Source: Acidobacteriota bacterium (lineage in GTDB: Bacteria > Acidobacteriota > UBA890 > WLXD01). From it: DNA of 64,000 nucleotides. The position numbers and the translations under genes were made by a program. Location: assembly GCA_965248695.1 (NCBI GenBank), contig CBDFKD010000002.1:4256001-4320000 (forward strand). The letters run 5' to 3'. Below the pieces are notes generated by a model that saw nothing but the letters and a program-made list of their open reading frames with translations, searched no databases and was not told where the DNA came from. Position 1 is the first letter of the stretch, and every line of letters begins with the position of its first letter. Of this stretch, positions 60,730 through 64,000 are shown piece by piece.

Positions 60730-62205
60730 ATGACGGGGGCGAGCCTGCTGCTTGGCGCCTACCTCGGCGTGCTGCTGTTGCTGTCGGTCTTCGGGCTGCA
60801 CCGGTTGTACCTGGTTTCCTTGTATTTGCGAACTCGGCGCGACGCGCCGTGCGCACCGCCGCCACCGTCAAGCTGGCCGCAGGTCACGGTACAGCTTCCG
60901 GTGTTCAACGAAATGTATGTTGTCGATCGTCTGCTCGACGCGGTAGCTCGACTCGACTACCCGTCCGATCGGCTCGAGGTTCAAGTACTGGACGACTCCA
61001 CCGACGCGACCTCGGACCGCATACGGCGGCGCGTCGCATCGCTGCGTCGTGCGGGTCTTGACGTGAAACACCTCCGGCGCGCCGACCGAACCGGGTTCAA
61101 AGCCGGAGCGCTGGAAGCCGGCATGCGCCGTGCCCGCGGTGATCTCCTCTGTATCTTCGACGCCGATTTCGTGCCGGCGCCTGACTTCCTGCGCCGCACC
61201 GTACCGCATTTCAACGCGCCGTCGGTGGGGATGGTGCAGGTGCGGTGGAGCCACCTGAACCGCGATCATTCGGCGCTCACCAGAATCCAAGCGATGTTTC
61301 TCGACGCGCACTTCGCGATCGAGCACGGGGCCCGAAGTCGCGCTGGAAGGTTCTTCAACTTCAACGGTACTGCCGGCGTCTGGCGGCGATCTGCAATCGA
61401 GAGCGCCGGGGGCTGGGCGCACGACACGCTGACCGAGGACCTCGATCTCTCCTACCGTGCACAGTTGGGCGGCTGGCAGTTCGTCTACCTGAACGAGTCG
61501 CCGGCGCCCGCCGAGTTGCCGGTGTCGATTGCCGCTTTCAAGAGTCAGCAACGCCGCTGGACGAAGGGTGCCGTGCAAACGGCTCGCAAGCTGCTGCCGA
61601 CGGTCTGGAGATCCTCCCAGCCCTGGCGTACGAAGGTGGAGGCGAGCTTCCATCTGGCCGGCAACATCGCCTACGTGTTGATGGTGACGCTGTCGTTGCT
61701 CGTATTCCCGACCATGCTGGCGCGAGCACCGTACGGCACCATCGATCTGCTACTGCTCGAGTTGCCCATCTTGCTGTTCGGTACCGGTTCCGTGGCGGTG
61801 TTCTTCGTTGTGGCACAGCATCAGATCGGCCGGTCGGCGGGCGCCGCGGCATGCCGGCTCCCGGCGTTGATGGCACTCGGAGTGGGCCTCGCACTCAACA
61901 ACACGCTCGCCGTCGTGGCTGGTTTGAGTGGCGCTACCGGTGAGTTCGTGCGTACGCCCAAGCTGGCAGCGGCGGCGCGTGGTGAGGCCGGGTATCAGAG
62001 CACGCTCGGCGTCTTGCCGATCATCGAGGTCGCGATGGCCACCTACTTCGCGGTTGCGACAGCGGTGGCGGTGGCGCTGCAGTTGTGGGTGTGTCTGCCT
62101 GTCTTGCTCCTGTTCCTGGGCGGCTACGGTTGGGTCGCATGGATGTCAGTGGCCGAGTTCGCGACCGTGTCGACGTTGCCGGTCTTAGCGCATGGCTCCC
62201 GCTAG
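60730..62205 (+). CDS. Processive GT2, cellulose synthase-like family
   Basis: QLPVFNE, LDDSTD, KAG, FDADF, TED, QQRRW. Confidence 0.9.
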   Translation: MTGASLLLGAYLGVLLLLSVFGLHRLYLVSLYLRTRRDAPCAPPPPSSWPQVTVQLPVFNEMYVVDRLLDAVARLDYPSDRLEVQVLDDSTDATSDRIRRRVASLRRAGLDVKHLRRADRTGFKAGALEAGMRRARGDLLCIFDADFVPAPDFLRRTVPHFNAPSVGMVQVRWSHLNRDHSALTRIQAMFLDAHFAIEHGARSRAGRFFNFNGTAGVWRRSAIESAGGWAHDTLTEDLDLSYRAQLGGWQFVYLNESPAPAELPVSIAAFKSQQRRWTKGAVQTARKLLPTVWRSSQPWRTKVEASFHLAGNIAYVLMVTLSLLVFPTMLARAPYGTIDLLLLELPILLFGTGSVAVFFVVAQHQIGRSAGAAACRLPALMALGVGLALNNTLAVVAGLSGATGEFVRTPKLAAAARGEAGYQSTLGVLPIIEVAMATYFAVATAVAVALQLWVCLPVLLLFLGGYGWVAWMSVAEFATVSTLPVLAHGSR

Positions 62206-63661
62206 TCCTCGACTTCGCTTCGCGCCGAGCCCCACCGGCACGCTGCACCTCGGCAACGCGCGGACGGCATTGATCAACTGGCTGGTAGCGCGCGCCGCGA
62301 ACGGGAAGCTGGTGCTTCGTATCGAAGATACCGACGCGGATCGTAACGTCGTCGGTGCCGAGCAACGGATCTTCGAGACCCTGCGCTGGCTCGGGATCGA
62401 CTGGGACGAGGGGCCCGACGTCGGCGGTGGGCATGGCCCCTATCGCCAATCCGAGCGTGGTGCCCTGTATCGAGAGGCGGTGGCTAGATTGCTCGAGGAC
62501 GAGCGCGCCTACTACTGCTTCGAGGATCCGGACGCGTTGCGTGCCGCGCAAACGGAGGCGCACGACCGCGGCCAGACGTTTCAGCATGTGTGTCGAGAGC
62601 TGACCGCGGAGGAGTCGCGCCGTCGCCTGGAAGCCGGAGAGGCCGCAGCGGTGCGGTTTCGGACGCCGGATCGTAGGGTACGGTTCGACGATGGCCTGCG
62701 CGGCAGCACCGGTGTCGAGTCCGGCGAGCTCGATGACTTCATCGTCGCCCGCGGCGACGGCACCCCGACGTATCAGCTCGCGGTTGTCGTCGACGATCAC
62801 GGTATGTTGATCGATCACGTGGTACGTGGGCAGGACCACCTGTCCAACACGCCCAAGCAACTGCTTCTGTACGAGGCCCTGGGTTGGTCGCCGCCACGGT
62901 TCACGCACCTGCCGCTGGTGCTCGGAGCGGATCGGTCGCGGTTGTCCAAGCGCCACGGAGCGGTCAGTGTCGAGCAGATGCGCGACGACGGCATCCTTCC
63001 CGAATCGCTGGCCAACTACCTCACGCTAGTCGGTATGGCACCCGCCGAGGGGCGGGAGATCTGGCGTCTGTCCGAGCTCGTGGAGTGCTTCGATCTCGGT
63101 AGCCTGTCGTCGACGAATATCGGCTTTGACCTGCAGAAGCTCGAGTGGCTGAACCAGCAGCACCTGTCGGGACTCCAGCTGGACGATTTGCTGGAGCGCG
63201 CGGGCGGCGTCCTGGCGGCCGCCGACATCGAGCTGCCCGCGGATGGCCCCGGGCGTGACTGGTGGTTGGAGCTGGCGGATCTGGTACGCCCGTCGCTGCA
63301 GCGCCTCGATGAGTTGACGCTACGATTCGACGAGTTGGCGCGGGCGCCCGCGCCGACCATCGAAGTGGGCGACAATTCCCCAGATCACGCCATGCTGTCG
63401 GCGTTTCACCGCGCCAGCATGGCCGGGGAGCTGGGCACTGTCGAAGCATTCAAGGAGGTGGCCGGCCGCATCGGCGAACAGACAGGCCTACGCGGCAAGG
63501 GCCTGTTCCAGCCCCTCCGGCAAGCGCTGACCGGACAGGACCACGGTCCAGAGCTGGCCCGGCTGGTGCCGTTGATGGAGAACGCGCGACGCGCTGGGGT
63601 GACGCCCGATATCCCGACGGTGGCGGAGCGCATTGCGCCGCTGGTCGCGGCACATGGTTGA
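62192..63661 (+). CDS. gltX: Glutamate-tRNA ligase
   Basis: RFAPSPTG, HLGN, LRIEDTD, PYRQSER, LSKR, anticodon-binding domain. Confidence 0.93.
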   Translation: MAPASPRLRFAPSPTGTLHLGNARTALINWLVARAANGKLVLRIEDTDADRNVVGAEQRIFETLRWLGIDWDEGPDVGGGHGPYRQSERGALYREAVARLLEDERAYYCFEDPDALRAAQTEAHDRGQTFQHVCRELTAEESRRRLEAGEAAAVRFRTPDRRVRFDDGLRGSTGVESGELDDFIVARGDGTPTYQLAVVVDDHGMLIDHVVRGQDHLSNTPKQLLLYEALGWSPPRFTHLPLVLGADRSRLSKRHGAVSVEQMRDDGILPESLANYLTLVGMAPAEGREIWRLSELVECFDLGSLSSTNIGFDLQKLEWLNQQHLSGLQLDDLLERAGGVLAAADIELPADGPGRDWWLELADLVRPSLQRLDELTLRFDELARAPAPTIEVGDNSPDHAMLSAFHRASMAGELGTVEAFKEVAGRIGEQTGLRGKGLFQPLRQALTGQDHGPELARLVPLMENARRAGVTPDIPTVAERIAPLVAAHG

Positions 63662-64000
63662 GTGGCTGGTCGGAAGGCACGCGGTCGCCGAGGCGCTCGT
63701 CGGTTCGGCGCGTCAGGTGCACGAGGTCAGGGTCCTCGCGTACCGGAAGTCGGCGGCGGTCGAGGATGTCCGCGGCCGCGCCCAAGCCGCCGGCATCGAG
63801 GTGCGCGAAGTCCAGGCTCGGGAGCTCGGTGGTATTGCTCCCGGAGCGACGATCGTGGCTCGCTGCTCGGCCTTTCGATATCGGGATGAGGCCGACTTGC
63901 CAGCTGCCGATCCGAGCGTGCCGACGATGGTGGCGGTGCTGGACGGCATTCAGGACCCACAGAACCTGGGCGCAATCCTACGCACTGCCGAGGCCGCTGG
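63654..64000 (+). CDS. rlmB: TrmH-family 23S rRNA 2'-O-methyltransferase, 5' part (not in the ORF track)
   Basis: ATG 63654 gives MVEWLVGRHAVAEAL...LDGIQDPQNLGAILRTAEAA, running off the window. Confidence 0.85.
   Translation, partial: MVEWLVGRHAVAEALVGSARQVHEVRVLAYRKSAAVEDVRGRAQAAGIEVREVQARELGGIAPGATIVARCSAFRYRDEADLPAADPSVPTMVAVLDGIQDPQNLGAILRTAEAA

Overview
A high-GC, gene-dense bacterial chromosomal window from a diderm. An Acidobacteriota-like origin is inferred from gene style, not established. Housekeeping genes: ligA, nadE, a lipid A/inner-core LPS operon (waaA-lpxK-lpxL-waaF-hldA-hldC-waaC plus an ICMT-family methyltransferase), rlmN, purE, purD, rpsU, gltX and the 5' part of rlmB. 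Accessory content includes many peptidases and amidohydrolases, and a methylated-amine catabolism block (non-pyrrolysine MttB-family methyltransferase, dimethylglycine dehydrogenase-like enzyme, EtfAB, membrane Fe-S oxidoreductase). There is also a thioredoxin-like/pilin/hybrid kinase trio. The most unusual region is 30.5-44.8 kb: a tandem array of secreted proteases in which two catalytic heads (S1 serine, matrixin-like zinc) are each combined with two types of FN3-like tail. Both short-tail copies are disrupted (one in-frame TAG, one 494-bp tandem duplication), a mosaic relic sits in the middle, and a glycosyltransferase module overlaps the last stop codon. A MITE-like element and smaller IS-end-like remnants sit at stop codons of convergent genes. 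Several single-base insertions suggest residual sequencing error, so the gene lesions need read-level confirmation. No rRNA, tRNA, CRISPR array, transposase or reverse transcriptase was recognised. All family calls come from motif recognition by eye; no searches were run.
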